Virus record (IMG/VR): IMGVR_UViG_3300037277_000110
Location: 1 to 64,000 of that record
DNA length: 64,000 bases
From: a virus
Reading direction: 5' to 3' (one strand)
Shown: positions 18,501 to 28,931 of the stretch, piece by piece
Layout: the number at the start of each line of letters is the position of its first letter
How positions within the stretch are numbered: the first letter of the stretch is position 1
Position numbers and translations under genes: made by a program
Notes under the pieces: generated by a model
The model's input: only the letters and a program-made list of their open reading frames with translations
Told to the model about the DNA's origin: nothing
Database searches by the model: none

Positions 18501-20831
18501 CTTATCAATTATATAACCATTTTCGGTTTTAGTTATACCGGCCATTTCTCCTTTTTTGACATTTTCAAAAGCAGCTTTAGCCAAAGCCTCTTCCTTGGAA
18601 CTAGCTTTTATTTCTTTAACCGGTATATCCTCCATGCCAGCTTCTTTAGCTGCATTGAATTTATTATGCCCTTCAACAATGTTTTTTTCTCCTGTTTCAG
18701 GATCTTTCCAGATAGTTACCGGATTTTCTTCAGTCGGTAAATCAGCTTTTACACCTTCAGTTTTACCAGTTTCCATATCTGATTCTGGCTTATATTGGAA
18801 AGATTCAGGATCGGTTACTAAATTGGTAACCTTTTCAGTTTCACCAGGGATATACTCGTCAATTTCATTTTCAGATTTAGCTTTTTTAGGGACTTTTAAT
18901 ACATCCTTCAATTCTTTCTTAGCCTGTTCCTTTTCAGATTTATACACATCCTGATCCATCGGATCATCAATACCTTTTATCGTTTCATCAAAGAATTTTT
19001 GTTTTACTGCCTGGCGATCCTTAATAAGTGGAATAAGTTCTTTGTCAATTTCAGCTTTACGAGCTTTACCTTCAACCGGATCTAAACCATCACGTTCTTT
19101 CATTAATGATTTTAACTGTTCATCTTCCGGGAATGCTTTTTTAGGTTCCAATGTATTAAGTTCATTCTGAAGCTTTCCTATTTGTTCGATGTTTGGATTT
19201 TCTTTAGCTAGTTCTCCGTTTATCTCATTATTGAGTAATGAAATCTTTTCTTTTTCTACCCGTGGCTCAGTGATAAATTCTATTTTCTGCTTTATATCTT
19301 CAATTCGGTTTTTATTTACAGTCTGGAAAGATTCATCCAGACCTTCATTTTGTTTGGTCAAGTAATCTTTTTCAAGTACCATTCCGGTCGCGCGAGCTAT
19401 GTCATCAAAAGGAATGTTTTTAGGAACTTTCCCAATAGCTACATCTAAAGTTTGTTTGGCATTTTGAATGTCACCATAAATAGAAGTAGCCTTATCCATA
19501 AGAGCCCATGTGATCCCAGCCTCATTTACCCCTTCCATTATATCTTTATTAGGGTTAGTCGTAGCTTGTTCGACTAAGTTATTAGATAGTTGAGTACTAG
19601 CTCCTATTGCGTATCCCTTTAACGCTGGTGAAGTAGCTTTAGCTAATGTTTCAGCACTATTTGTAAATAACGTCCCGTATGATTTTTCAAGTAATGATTT
19701 GGCCTGTTGTTCACCTTGTTCGGTAATTAATTTTTTGGCATTATTGATAATCTGATTACCTCCAATAGATCCAAGTGCGACAAAGTTTAAAGCTGACATA
19801 ATCCCAGAGTAAACTTTTGCAGCTTGGGAAGCATCGGAGTCTTTTATATCTTCCATTTTTTTAATACCCTCACCAAGGGCTAATCCCTGAATAACTTGAG
19901 TCCCTACACCAGCTTCGTTACCTACTGCCATAGAAATAAGAAGTGGAACTTGTTCGATAATATTTAAAGCAGCCTTACCACTTGCTGCCCCATAATTACC
20001 TTCTTTTAAGCTTACATCTATGTCATCCTGAAAGTATTTAGCTTTTTGGGCGTATATCTGTTGTCCTTGCTGGTAATAATCACCTAATCCTAATTTATTG
20101 GAGTAAGGGATAACAGATTCAATAACCCTTGAAAGGTCAGCTCCAACTCCGGCAGCTCCGGCAGTTAAAGCATAATAAGCAGACTTTAAAAATGATTTAT
20201 CCTTTAATCCTTCTTCATTCTGAACTTCCTGAATGGCATCATCTAAATGTTTACCATATTTTTCAAGATCATTTTTAGGAACTACATACCTATCGCCTTG
20301 TTTAATAAGTCCATATTTGTTTGCTGATTCATCAAGTTCTTTCTGGTAATTTTCTGATAAAGCTTTTAAATCCTGATGAGGATTAGCTTTTATTAGTTCA
20401 GTATACTTACTATCTAGTAAGTTTTTCTGAGAATTTATATTATTGATTTTTTCATCGGGGGTTGGATAATTCTTAAACGTACCTGTAGCTCCCCATTTTT
20501 CTTTTGCCTTAGCAACAGCTTTTTGAGTAAATAATTCCTGTGCAGTAGGAGGTTTTGGTTTTGGAGCTTCCGGCGGAGCCTGTTGAATTTTACTATCAAA
20601 AGGCATAGGAGTTTCAGTCTGCCATCCGCTTTGGTCGTTTGTTTGTTGCCCGCTTGTCCCTACTGGTTGTGATTCTGATTGTGATGGTAAAGTTTGTTGA
20701 CTTTCGTTCCCACTTAATTGAGATCCATCTGAATTTAAACCATTTGAATCCGAAGAGTCTTTTTTTTTTACTTTAAACTCAGAAAATTCGTCTTCGTCCT
20801 TAACCTTAAATTGTGAAAATTCGTCTGGCAT
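15567..20831 (-). CDS. Large internal (ejected) virion protein with ParB-like domain
   Basis: 1754 aa, helical; hydrophobic Gly/Ala segment; PVTIWKD..G...IVEGHNKF motif; third ejection gene by synteny. Confidence 0.65.
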   Translation of the reverse strand: MPDEFSQFKVKDEDEFSEFKVKKKDSSDSNGLNSDGSQLSGNESQQTLPSQSESQPVGTSGQQTNDQSGWQTETPMPFDSKIQQAPPEAPKPKPPTAQELFTQKAVAKAKEKWGATGTFKNYPTPDEKINNINSQKNLLDSKYTELIKANPHQDLKALSENYQKELDESANKYGLIKQGDRYVVPKNDLEKYGKHLDDAIQEVQNEEGLKDKSFLKSAYYALTAGAAGVGADLSRVIESVIPYSNKLGLGDYYQQGQQIYAQKAKYFQDDIDVSLKEGNYGAASGKAALNIIEQVPLLISMAVGNEAGVGTQVIQGLALGEGIKKMEDIKDSDASQAAKVYSGIMSALNFVALGSIGGNQIINNAKKLITEQGEQQAKSLLEKSYGTLFTNSAETLAKATSPALKGYAIGASTQLSNNLVEQATTNPNKDIMEGVNEAGITWALMDKATSIYGDIQNAKQTLDVAIGKVPKNIPFDDIARATGMVLEKDYLTKQNEGLDESFQTVNKNRIEDIKQKIEFITEPRVEKEKISLLNNEINGELAKENPNIEQIGKLQNELNTLEPKKAFPEDEQLKSLMKERDGLDPVEGKARKAEIDKELIPLIKDRQAVKQKFFDETIKGIDDPMDQDVYKSEKEQAKKELKDVLKVPKKAKSENEIDEYIPGETEKVTNLVTDPESFQYKPESDMETGKTEGVKADLPTEENPVTIWKDPETGEKNIVEGHNKFNAAKEAGMEDIPVKEIKASSKEEALAKAAFENVKKGEMAGITKTENGYIIDKTGTEFDKEGNLTKPSDEQTTSLKRAVADNEVNKRQGTEALDKMKDALQDTDTKKAFEDVKVKVDKGEIDPDKVTDRIIKENTGSLEDEAALLYHRGKLKNEEVKLLKQKGELTDEKAKNKNADELMALYDKMAKNDLAAAKIGREASNIFNLRKAYVDSEMSIFNMEQQFMSGRGLKELTPEQKLEVKETYQKLKEAQIKIKDLEDQVKKEVDQKKLLQDLLAKSKEQKKADRALKTDTAIANSNERIVNYKSRLKELAGLRKEQASAGLPLNIDLEIAGEIGKIAAEKVYQGIVKLDEVVRNVLDEVKDIYPNWTVKDVEKYLGKYNIEQEKKVVPEERKLISQLKRSAKLKAKIEAKDYTTPERAEYKPNKALEDAKAEYQNLKNKWETERYRDMMSKRPGWEKFLDKFLKIRTGIFLLSGIKTLGKLANYTVLELAWSNPKDVLMTGIAKLLFPKLAKKSMTEGQFNLKSLKLDAKTLLEPQVYKDAVSYLTSDPHTHELYGVAKRGKEDMAEFNLNFGKLHGAEKYPLWRSTFNKYAQRLTDYYNKEGRDVSDPGIQKIIEAQAAEKADQRIMMNKNKLSTLLKVTQAWMRPNLKAGYYISKFLFPIVGVPTNYTIKTARSWGGLLEFAWRIRGGFEKMSPEDADKALVAFKNGLPGAALGIMALSTNWVSVDEKKKFKIGGWEIPKWLTHHPDLLVLKLYAEAKNEFGKVPKWIKDPDEQETWKRTHNFIPSAESILLNTIHETPFLDNRTMDMISNPQKLNQFLENFGTSILTPQISRDIAGFMDKEEKRKPETFAEQLKMGFPWLREQVPTPDQRDVEKRVKQFQMKHDPSGITGKGMFDKPTLEGYTEVVHKLDKVNTDANKKMSEMSYKDFKQYLKDNNLKDDLSYYKRNNSEISNLQKAITELKEIKKEKEKEKLAKYISKDMKRLSESYIKNEDFELSDEVKQIYKKYLESHDELDEEKKEISEED

Positions 20832-22468
20832 TATTTTATTTTTTTAGCTTTTGGATATTTCTTTAAAAATTTATCTCTCATCTCTTTTTGTTCTGGGGGA
20901 AATTGATACTTTTCTCCGTTTACAATATAAGTTTCAAGACTTGTTGTTTTGGTTTCTTTAGTAGCTTCTTCCTTATAATCTGGATCTTGTTCCCCTTGAT
21001 CTATAGTTAATGGAATATCGTCAATATTAACAGCATCACCATTACTTGTTTTTATATCATGAACATTATTAGGAAATTTAGTCTTTAAAAGTCCTTTAGT
21101 TTCGTCATTAATAAGAAACTTTTTACCTGACTTTGTTTCTCCTGTTGCTCGTAATTGATAACCCTTTCTAACCTTACCGCCTTTTTCTAAATAAAATTTA
21201 TTAGATTCTCCATCTTCCGATCTATGAGGAATCATACCTTTACTATTATAAGGATAATATTTAATTAATAAATTAGATACATCAGTTGTAGATCCGGGAG
21301 ATGTTTTTTTAATTTTACCAGTATTCTTATCAACTTCTTGACTTAAATGTAATGATCCTACCATCCCAGAAGCAAAAGAATATACTGTGCCTTCCGATTT
21401 TACATATCCTTTTTTATCTTCTCCCCCATAAGTCTTATTCCAATAAGCATTTTTATCAACAGGCTTACCGTTTTTATCTAAAACAGGCTTACCGTTTTTA
21501 TCTAATTCAGGTTCAAATGGCTTAGTAGGATATTCCCCTAAATTAATAGGTATTTCGTCTTCGGCACTTGAAGGGGTTCCTTGTATTTTATTTACTCTGT
21601 CTTTATTAAAAATCCATGCAGGAGGTGTTGGTTTAGTCTCATTACTTACCATGTTTTTTTGGTAATATTCATTATATTTATCCCAAACAAAATCTTTAAT
21701 AGCTTTACCTTGATCTTTTTCAGGATATTTGTCTAAGTATTTTTTCTTTTCATCATACGGTAATTTACCAAATTGATCAACAACTGTTGCATTTAACCTT
21801 ATATCTTCATGTATAAGATATGTCATTTGGGCTTTTCTCTCTTCTTCAGTAGCCACACGTGTTATTTTATCAGTTGTGGTTTTCCCATTTTTATCTACAC
21901 TATTAGCCCACTCTTGTTTTTTCCCAGTTAAATCCTTACCAGCCTTTACAAAATACCCTTCTAGGCTATCATATTTTTTTGGCATTAATAAGTCTTCCGG
22001 AAGTTCTCCTGATTTATAAAAATCATGAGTTTTATTCCAGAATTCTACATCATCATAATCTCCCTTTAATTTATCTTTTCGGATTACACTATAAGCTTGT
22101 TTCCACTGTTCTTCATTGGACTTTATTTTATTCTGCCAAGAAACTAATGCGTTTCTGGCTTGTTGCATTTTTATTTTTGATTGGAGTCCGGGTTTATAGT
22201 TAGAGTCTCTATATTCCTTTCCAGCTAATTCTACAAATTGTTGAGTTTTATCACCTTGCATCTTCTGAAGTTCATTACTGATCATTTCTTCAGGTGGAAC
22301 ATTTGTTAAATCTAAATATTCTTTTTCACGCTTTTGACGTTGAGCTTCATTATACCTCTGTTGTTCAAGATTAGAGTCATGAAATCTATTCTGCGAAGCA
22401 ATGACAGACTGACCTAATTCACTCCAATCCTCCGCTGGACGTACTCCTTTAAAAACCGAAACTGGCAT
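20831..22468 (-). CDS. Internal/ejected virion protein
   Basis: Synteny between pilot-like and large ejected protein. Confidence 0.55.
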   Translation of the reverse strand: MPVSVFKGVRPAEDWSELGQSVIASQNRFHDSNLEQQRYNEAQRQKREKEYLDLTNVPPEEMISNELQKMQGDKTQQFVELAGKEYRDSNYKPGLQSKIKMQQARNALVSWQNKIKSNEEQWKQAYSVIRKDKLKGDYDDVEFWNKTHDFYKSGELPEDLLMPKKYDSLEGYFVKAGKDLTGKKQEWANSVDKNGKTTTDKITRVATEEERKAQMTYLIHEDIRLNATVVDQFGKLPYDEKKKYLDKYPEKDQGKAIKDFVWDKYNEYYQKNMVSNETKPTPPAWIFNKDRVNKIQGTPSSAEDEIPINLGEYPTKPFEPELDKNGKPVLDKNGKPVDKNAYWNKTYGGEDKKGYVKSEGTVYSFASGMVGSLHLSQEVDKNTGKIKKTSPGSTTDVSNLLIKYYPYNSKGMIPHRSEDGESNKFYLEKGGKVRKGYQLRATGETKSGKKFLINDETKGLLKTKFPNNVHDIKTSNGDAVNIDDIPLTIDQGEQDPDYKEEATKETKTTSLETYIVNGEKYQFPPEQKEMRDKFLKKYPKAKKIK

Positions 22469-23187
22469 TAACCTGTAGTTTTATATGATGAATTATCATT
22501 AGCATTATAATCAACCCCTTGTCCACTATTTAAGGCAGCACTGGTATCACTTTGTATCTGACCAGTATTAATACCGGAATTATTACCACCATTATTCCCA
22601 TTACCATACCAAGAAGAGAAATTCATATTACCTGCTCCATTAGCAGCTACAGCTCCCCCTTGTTGCATTAAACTTCTATTAGAACTCCATTCATTTATTT
22701 TACTCTGCATTTGTCTCTGCCAAGGAGCATTCTTATTGTATTCAAATTCCATGTCAGAATATTTAGCTGATTCATTCAATGCTTGAGATAATCTATCTTG
22801 ATTGGCTTGGTAATATTGTTGTTGCTGAACCGCCAGATTGTTATAAGCGTTCATTTCACTTTTATATAGATCATTAGCAGCCCCCAATGAAGATGTTGGA
22901 TTATCCGACATATTTTGGATATTTCTTAACCCGGACTGACCAGCTTGCTGTATATTTTGTTCCATTTGACCCTGTCCCGGAAGCTGTCTACTGCCAGCAT
23001 TATTTTTAGCCAACTCCAACATTTGCTTTACTTCTTCAGGTCGGGTATAGACAGGCATATTCTTTTCAAGAGCCGAAATCTCTTTCTTATTTTTGTTGGC
23101 ATGAATAGCCCCGTAGATGCTTCCAACCATCCCTACCCCACTCTGGATGAGTCCGCCCCACATCCCACTACCACCCATATCAGCCAT
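22468..23187 (-). CDS. Pilot-like ejected protein
   Basis: Gly-rich hydrophobic N-terminus, Q/N-rich coiled coil. Confidence 0.65.
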   Translation of the reverse strand: MADMGGSGMWGGLIQSGVGMVGSIYGAIHANKNKKEISALEKNMPVYTRPEEVKQMLELAKNNAGSRQLPGQGQMEQNIQQAGQSGLRNIQNMSDNPTSSLGAANDLYKSEMNAYNNLAVQQQQYYQANQDRLSQALNESAKYSDMEFEYNKNAPWQRQMQSKINEWSSNRSLMQQGGAVAANGAGNMNFSSWYGNGNNGGNNSGINTGQIQSDTSAALNSGQGVDYNANDNSSYKTTG

Positions 23188-23212
23188 AATATTTAATATT
23201 TAAATGTTACAA

Positions 23213-23234
23213 CAAAATTAATGTTTTTTAGCAT
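23213..23234 (-). promoter_or_regulatory. Promoter TAATTTTG with adjacent imperfect operator ATGTT-TTTT-AGCAT
   Basis: Direct sequence match. Confidence 0.55.
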
Positions 23235-23242
23235 ATATATTT

Positions 23243-26200
23243 TTAATAATTATTAGACACATCAAAACCTATTTGAACCCCAAGTAACCACGTTTCTTCA
23301 TCTTCTGAGTTTAATAGTTCGTGCTTAATATAAAATCCACGAAGTTCATCCCCATTTATTAAGTCAAGGTTTGATGGAGTTGATGAATGGGTAAACATGT
23401 TTTTTAGATACTCGGAGAACATATCACCTTCTTTTAACTTGAATCTACCGGCAGGTATTTTACTTAAAAACCCTCTAGGGTATGACTCATCAGCTTCAAT
23501 AGTTATGGTTGGTATCGACCAACGTTTATTAGTTTTAAGTCCAATATTTCGGAATAGCTTTTTAACAGCACCAGCTTTATTGAAAATAATGTTAATTCGT
23601 TGATCGTATTTTACATCATAGAAGTGACATCTTGATACACTGGTCGAATTGTGCTTCCAAATAGAATTATCCCCAATAAATGAAGAAAAGAAATTTCCCA
23701 TAGAAATATAATTTTGAGGAATAAACGAAAAAAAGCTAATCCAACGTGGACGTTCGCCTTCTAATTTAGGTTCTATAAATCCCAATGTTACTGGGGAGGC
23801 CCCGCCAATAAAACTGATCAGATACATATTGTTTTGCTGATCGTAACCTGCAATAACATCGGTATAATCGGTCATAGTTTTAAAGAAAGTCTTCATCATG
23901 TATTCAGAAATAGGCTCCTGTCCATTAGGAGCTGACCGGATAACTTCTTTTCTTAATCCATCCCAATAGTACATATTCCGATCGTGGATAACAACTGAGT
24001 GAGAATTAGTTGTCCCTCGTAATTCATCTGCCCTATTTTGATTACCAAGAACTAAATTAGGATTAGCCATTAATAGTTTCTGTCCTCCGGCTGTATTTAC
24101 CTCTTCCTTGCCTACATAAATTGAAGTTTCTTTTTTATCTTGGATAACTTTTAAAACATCTCCAACTTCCCGAATAGAATTTATAGCTCCAAATTCAGAT
24201 TTTAAATTAGTAAAGTTATTTAAGAATTGATTTAAATTATTAGTTCTGGTATTTTCAATTAGAAGCTCACTATATCGCATAGCTGATTGATAGTTGGCTC
24301 TTTTGGCATTTATATCATAAAAATTAGGCCGACCAGTGCCATGAAAATTAGATGTATAATAGTCAGAATAGTTATCATCGGTACATGGATATACATATTT
24401 ACAATCTCTTAATTTTAAATAAGTGTCTCCGGGATTACAATTTACAATTGCTGGAATACCAGATAAGTTATTTGGATTTTGATTTTGGATAAGCCCTGTA
24501 TGATATCGATTCGATAAACCCGGATTTCCAATTGGAAGAATAACAGATGGAAAATAAAATTGTTTTTCGATTACTTTTTTTGGCTTATATATTTCGAATA
24601 AAAATGCTGGATTACTAAGTGAAGTCCAATTATATATCATATCATAAGTAATCGGAACTACAATGTAAGACGAAGCATCATCATTAATTTTATTATTTGA
24701 TGCATCAGTTAAATAAGCGGGCGTAGTAGCATTATCTTTTGCATATTGTAAATCACTAGATGGCCATTCCATAGCCTTTATTTCAACATCTATACTTGGT
24801 ACGCCAAAATCAAAATCAGCAACTAGAGTTAACGGACTTGGATTCCCTGTTGAACCAAATGACCCGGTAGCTTGAAAACATAATCTATCTCCAATTTCAA
24901 ATGTATAAGTACCTATATTTGAGAAGGAGTTAACGTCATGAGCATAATTAATTATATTATTTATTCTTAATCTAAGATAGCCATCCGTACCAAAAAAGAA
25001 GTCTTTAAACAAGACTCCTACTATATGCCAATAGGCCCCTCTGTTTATTCTTTGAGTAAAGTCTATTGAATAATAATATGCCCAATCAGGAGGTTGATTT
25101 TTAACCGATACATTAACAGTAGCATATTGAGGACCAAAACCTGGATCAGAAAATGAAAAAGGCTTAAAAACATTATTACTAACTGTTATTGGTAAGCTAA
25201 ACTTATTTTCTGAGCCATATTGAAAGTTTTTATTATAATATTTTATTGATCCTAAATAAGTGTCTAAATGTTTCATTGTTTTGTATACCAACTTTGGAGC
25301 ATACGTAAACATTAGGATGTTGGCCATTGGTATATCAGTTCCATTACTTGGAAATTGTATCCATAAATTGCCAGAACGACTAACTACGGTAGATGAAATC
25401 CCTTTCATTGACATCTTATTAGCCAAATTATTTAAAATTGTCGTTGCGGTATCTGTAGATTTAGCTAAGTATCTTACATCTACATAAGATACTGTTCCTA
25501 ATTGAAAAGTAAAAGTTCCAGTAGTCAAAGTTATATCAAGAACTATGATATAACTACTTCCTGTAATATATTTATTCCTTATTACTCCGACCCCATTAGC
25601 CGAATAAATAGAACTACCTATTGGTAAACTATTATAAATAGCAGCAGTTACGGATATTTCATGATTATTAGCAGTTCCTGTAAATGAAGTTGTTTTTACA
25701 ACCTTCATTAATTGTATTCCATACAACATATTTGGAAGATAACTACCAAATCTTATATAAATAACTGTTATAGGAGAAACTCCAAGGGGACCTATATAGT
25801 AAGTATTTAAATTAATATCCTGCAAAGGAACGGTAGTATATACTACCTCTGTATTTACATCAACAGCCACTGGATCAAACCCTTCAGTTATATTACCATA
25901 GATTATCCTGTTTTTTTCTATTAATTCTTGATGTTTTGCTAATTGGGGTATAAAATCATAAGGACGAGATAGATCCGTTTGATCTGCTTGAATTCTTAAA
26001 TTTTTATCATCAAAAGTATAGGTAAAGCTTCCTGTTGGATTTAATACTGTGTCATATAACATCCAATTGGTAGTTTCGTTATCTCTAACATAAACCTCTA
26101 CAGAAGTAATATCATTATTAATTATGTCAATAGGAGCATATAATTGATAACTTACAATTCCTAAATCTCTTATAAATTCTCCATCAGGAAAGTTATAATT

Positions 26201-26863
26201 GTCTGTAAAATAAATAGTTGTAAAATCAGAAAGAACACTTTTTTCTCCATCCACAAAAATATTACGATAAGCCCATTGATAAGATTTACCTCTTAATGCT
26301 TCTATTCCAGAAGAAGCAGCAACAGCAGTTACTTGAAATGGATATCCTGGCCTTTTATAAGCATCAGTTACACGTATATTCATATAAGTATAAGTATAAC
26401 TTGTACTTATGCCATTTGTGTAATTATAAGCCCTGATGTAATTTATTTTTTTGGGTTCAACAAAATTATCGGTCCAATACAATAAGTCTCCTACTACTTT
26501 AGGGTTATATATTGGATGGTTTGCATCAAAAGATAAGTTAATCCCAGATAGGATAATTCCTGAGTTCCCTGTAAATGGTTCATAATACTGGATGCTTTTT
26601 TGAATACTATCGTGCTGATCATCAATAAAAAACATGATTATTCTATTTCGAGCATTATCGGCGCATGAACCTAACATCGTTATAATCCCAATGTGTCCTT
26701 GAATAGTATATACTGATTCATTGCCAAGGCAATTAACAGATACCTTTCCACGGGAATCTAATGTAACCATAGTATTTAAGATAAAGTCCGACCCTTGCGT
26801 TGATTTAGGATCAGAATCAGTATCTAAAAAAAGATCACCTGTAGGTTGAAACTCTTTGTTCAT
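23243..26863 (-). CDS. Tail nozzle/muzzle (P22 gp10-like stabilisation) protein
   Basis: LYWTDN..EPKKIN, NRIIYGNITEG, YYWDG, WISFFSFIP, NGDELRG motifs typical of crAss-like muzzle. Confidence 0.8.
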   Translation of the reverse strand: MNKEFQPTGDLFLDTDSDPKSTQGSDFILNTMVTLDSRGKVSVNCLGNESVYTIQGHIGIITMLGSCADNARNRIIMFFIDDQHDSIQKSIQYYEPFTGNSGIILSGINLSFDANHPIYNPKVVGDLLYWTDNFVEPKKINYIRAYNYTNGISTSYTYTYMNIRVTDAYKRPGYPFQVTAVAASSGIEALRGKSYQWAYRNIFVDGEKSVLSDFTTIYFTDNYNFPDGEFIRDLGIVSYQLYAPIDIINNDITSVEVYVRDNETTNWMLYDTVLNPTGSFTYTFDDKNLRIQADQTDLSRPYDFIPQLAKHQELIEKNRIIYGNITEGFDPVAVDVNTEVVYTTVPLQDINLNTYYIGPLGVSPITVIYIRFGSYLPNMLYGIQLMKVVKTTSFTGTANNHEISVTAAIYNSLPIGSSIYSANGVGVIRNKYITGSSYIIVLDITLTTGTFTFQLGTVSYVDVRYLAKSTDTATTILNNLANKMSMKGISSTVVSRSGNLWIQFPSNGTDIPMANILMFTYAPKLVYKTMKHLDTYLGSIKYYNKNFQYGSENKFSLPITVSNNVFKPFSFSDPGFGPQYATVNVSVKNQPPDWAYYYSIDFTQRINRGAYWHIVGVLFKDFFFGTDGYLRLRINNIINYAHDVNSFSNIGTYTFEIGDRLCFQATGSFGSTGNPSPLTLVADFDFGVPSIDVEIKAMEWPSSDLQYAKDNATTPAYLTDASNNKINDDASSYIVVPITYDMIYNWTSLSNPAFLFEIYKPKKVIEKQFYFPSVILPIGNPGLSNRYHTGLIQNQNPNNLSGIPAIVNCNPGDTYLKLRDCKYVYPCTDDNYSDYYTSNFHGTGRPNFYDINAKRANYQSAMRYSELLIENTRTNNLNQFLNNFTNLKSEFGAINSIREVGDVLKVIQDKKETSIYVGKEEVNTAGGQKLLMANPNLVLGNQNRADELRGTTNSHSVVIHDRNMYYWDGLRKEVIRSAPNGQEPISEYMMKTFFKTMTDYTDVIAGYDQQNNMYLISFIGGASPVTLGFIEPKLEGERPRWISFFSFIPQNYISMGNFFSSFIGDNSIWKHNSTSVSRCHFYDVKYDQRINIIFNKAGAVKKLFRNIGLKTNKRWSIPTITIEADESYPRGFLSKIPAGRFKLKEGDMFSEYLKNMFTHSSTPSNLDLINGDELRGFYIKHELLNSEDEETWLLGVQIGFDVSNNY

Positions 26864-27567
26864 CGTTGCACAGTTTGTGAAGATACTTTAAGTAATGCAT
26901 CATAAATTTCATCTAAAGTTGGATCTTCAAAGGCTCTTAATTTATTTGCTTCCTGTTCGTATAAGTCTTTAAAAAAGTCAGCATCATTTTTATTTACCGG
27001 TTGACGAAGATTCATCTTCCAACGAACGTACATAGAAGCACACTCTAAGAACTTTATTGGTATAAGCGTATCTTTATCTTCAACCCCAGAAGAAATGTAA
27101 CCTAAGATCACATTTTTAGCATTAATGCCATTAATAATAATTCTTCGATTATTTTGATCATCGGTATAGTATAGCTCATTCTTACCTCCTTTAGATCCAT
27201 ATCCACAAGAATCACCTGTATTTTCCTTTACTCCTTCTCCGGCAGTTGAATCTAATGTTTCCTGACCATTAACTAAAGTTGTAGTTGGAATTATTTTGTT
27301 ATCCCTGGTTAAGGTCCAAATTTGACCATTTTTAGGTATACCCAAAAAGTCCATGCCAATATAATCGTCAGGCCAAGAAATAGTATTCGTCTGAGTATCA
27401 ACTTCAACTTTAACTATTTTATGTTTGTCAGTATGAAACATGTGAATATCCCTTACAGCCTTGATAACAAACTGATATATGTAAGGCCAATCTTCCTGAG
27501 TATATCCAGACTCAAAGATGATTGTCTTTACCATTGTTTTTAGGGTTTGTACACCTGAAGTATCCAT
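26860..27567 (-). CDS. Tail ring/tubular protein
   Basis: WPDDYI motif, synteny. Confidence 0.65.
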   Translation of the reverse strand: MDTSGVQTLKTMVKTIIFESGYTQEDWPYIYQFVIKAVRDIHMFHTDKHKIVKVEVDTQTNTISWPDDYIGMDFLGIPKNGQIWTLTRDNKIIPTTTLVNGQETLDSTAGEGVKENTGDSCGYGSKGGKNELYYTDDQNNRRIIINGINAKNVILGYISSGVEDKDTLIPIKFLECASMYVRWKMNLRQPVNKNDADFFKDLYEQEANKLRAFEDPTLDEIYDALLKVSSQTVQR

Positions 27568-28178
27568 TATGCAATTTCATTTTCGTTATTTAATAAATCA
27601 GTCGGTTTAATATCCGACTTGAGATATTGAGTTACCATATCCACTAATTCAATATCATGCCCGGATGGAATCGGAAAATCTTCTGTCATTCCCCATTCTG
27701 TAAAGTCAACGACCAAATCCATTCTTACGCTGGTTATATTTGGATCAAAATTGTAATATTCAACAATACCAGCTTTACGTATGTATTTAATAACATCATC
27801 GATAAGGTCCGATTCGATCCCAAACATCATTTCATTGTCATCACTTTTCATCGGGACAAACATTACATCCTTCCCCTTCATTTCATTGATGTTCATTATA
27901 CCGTCTGAAACTCTTGGGAATTGAACGACTTTGGCCGGCAAGGTAGAGAAGTAAATATCAGTATCCGGATCTTTAGTCACAGCTACATTTTTATATGTTT
28001 TAGAATAAGTATCAAGATTAGACTGATGCACTTTAAATGCCGTGTAAAATATGGTATTTAAAACAGCAGCAATAGCAAGCTCTATACGTCTAGGTTCAGC
28101 ATTACGTAATCTATCTACCGACATACTACCTCCGGATATTCGCCCCCTTATTAATTCTATGAGTTTAGATTTTTGCAT
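27567..28178 (-). CDS. Tail ring protein
   Basis: Synteny; STLP, FPIP motifs. Confidence 0.6.
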   Translation of the reverse strand: MQKSKLIELIRGRISGGSMSVDRLRNAEPRRIELAIAAVLNTIFYTAFKVHQSNLDTYSKTYKNVAVTKDPDTDIYFSTLPAKVVQFPRVSDGIMNINEMKGKDVMFVPMKSDDNEMMFGIESDLIDDVIKYIRKAGIVEYYNFDPNITSVRMDLVVDFTEWGMTEDFPIPSGHDIELVDMVTQYLKSDIKPTDLLNNENEIA

Positions 28179-28181
28179 GGC

Positions 28182-28931
28182 TTATCCTTGTTCTTGTTTA
28201 GCTTGGTTAATATATTGTTCTACCATTCCGTCTTTAAGATTAATTCCAACACGCGATAAAACTTCATTGCAAAATGCCACATGATATAGACTATCCCAAT
28301 CAAGTTCTACAGTAGTAGATGTAACTAATCCTGAAGTTTGACCGGCTGATCCAATTTCTCCTGATCCCAAAGTATGGCTTGCTCCAACTACTAAATAAAT
28401 TTCATTGGCATTTGCGTCTATATAATAATCATAGATTGGAGTTGCTGGAATCCGGTAAAAAGTAAAATTTATCTGGCTTATATTATTTGGAAGAATATCA
28501 ATTTTAAATCCATCGAGTCTACACATAGGATATTCATCAATAGGTAATGCAAGTGAATTTGATTTCCGAATAGACCAATCACTGTCTGTCATTAAATCTA
28601 TTTTTCTGGTAATCCCATTGTAAATAGTTGTCATACTTGAGAAATAACCATAAATTGAAGTTAAATCACTTAAAGTTAATGTCCCTGGGACACCCAATGT
28701 TTGATCTTCAGATTTTATAAAATCCCGTAATTCAATAATACTACCTAAAGCTTCACTTAATGACACTTTATTTTGAATAGCAAATATCTGAGCTTTTTCA
28801 ACCTTTTTATTAAACATATCAATACTTGCTGCTGGGAATATAACATTTACCTGTTCAGGTGTAAGTGTACCTCCTGAGTTCTCTTTTACACAGATGTAAT
28901 TTATGTAACTTCTTATTTGATCGAGTGTCAT
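28182..28931 (-). CDS. Tail ring/adaptor protein
   Basis: Paralogous to next gene (P...YP.C, FT..R.P.TP, VE..W). Confidence 0.65.
   Translation of the reverse strand: MTLDQIRSYINYICVKENSGGTLTPEQVNVIFPAASIDMFNKKVEKAQIFAIQNKVSLSEALGSIIELRDFIKSEDQTLGVPGTLTLSDLTSIYGYFSSMTTIYNGITRKIDLMTDSDWSIRKSNSLALPIDEYPMCRLDGFKIDILPNNISQINFTFYRIPATPIYDYYIDANANEIYLVVGASHTLGSGEIGSAGQTSGLVTSTTVELDWDSLYHVAFCNEVLSRVGINLKDGMVEQYINQAKQEQG

Noticed and set aside
21452-21504. 24-bp tandem repeat LDKNGKPV in ejected protein
   Set aside because: Ordinary local duplication in a flexible loop
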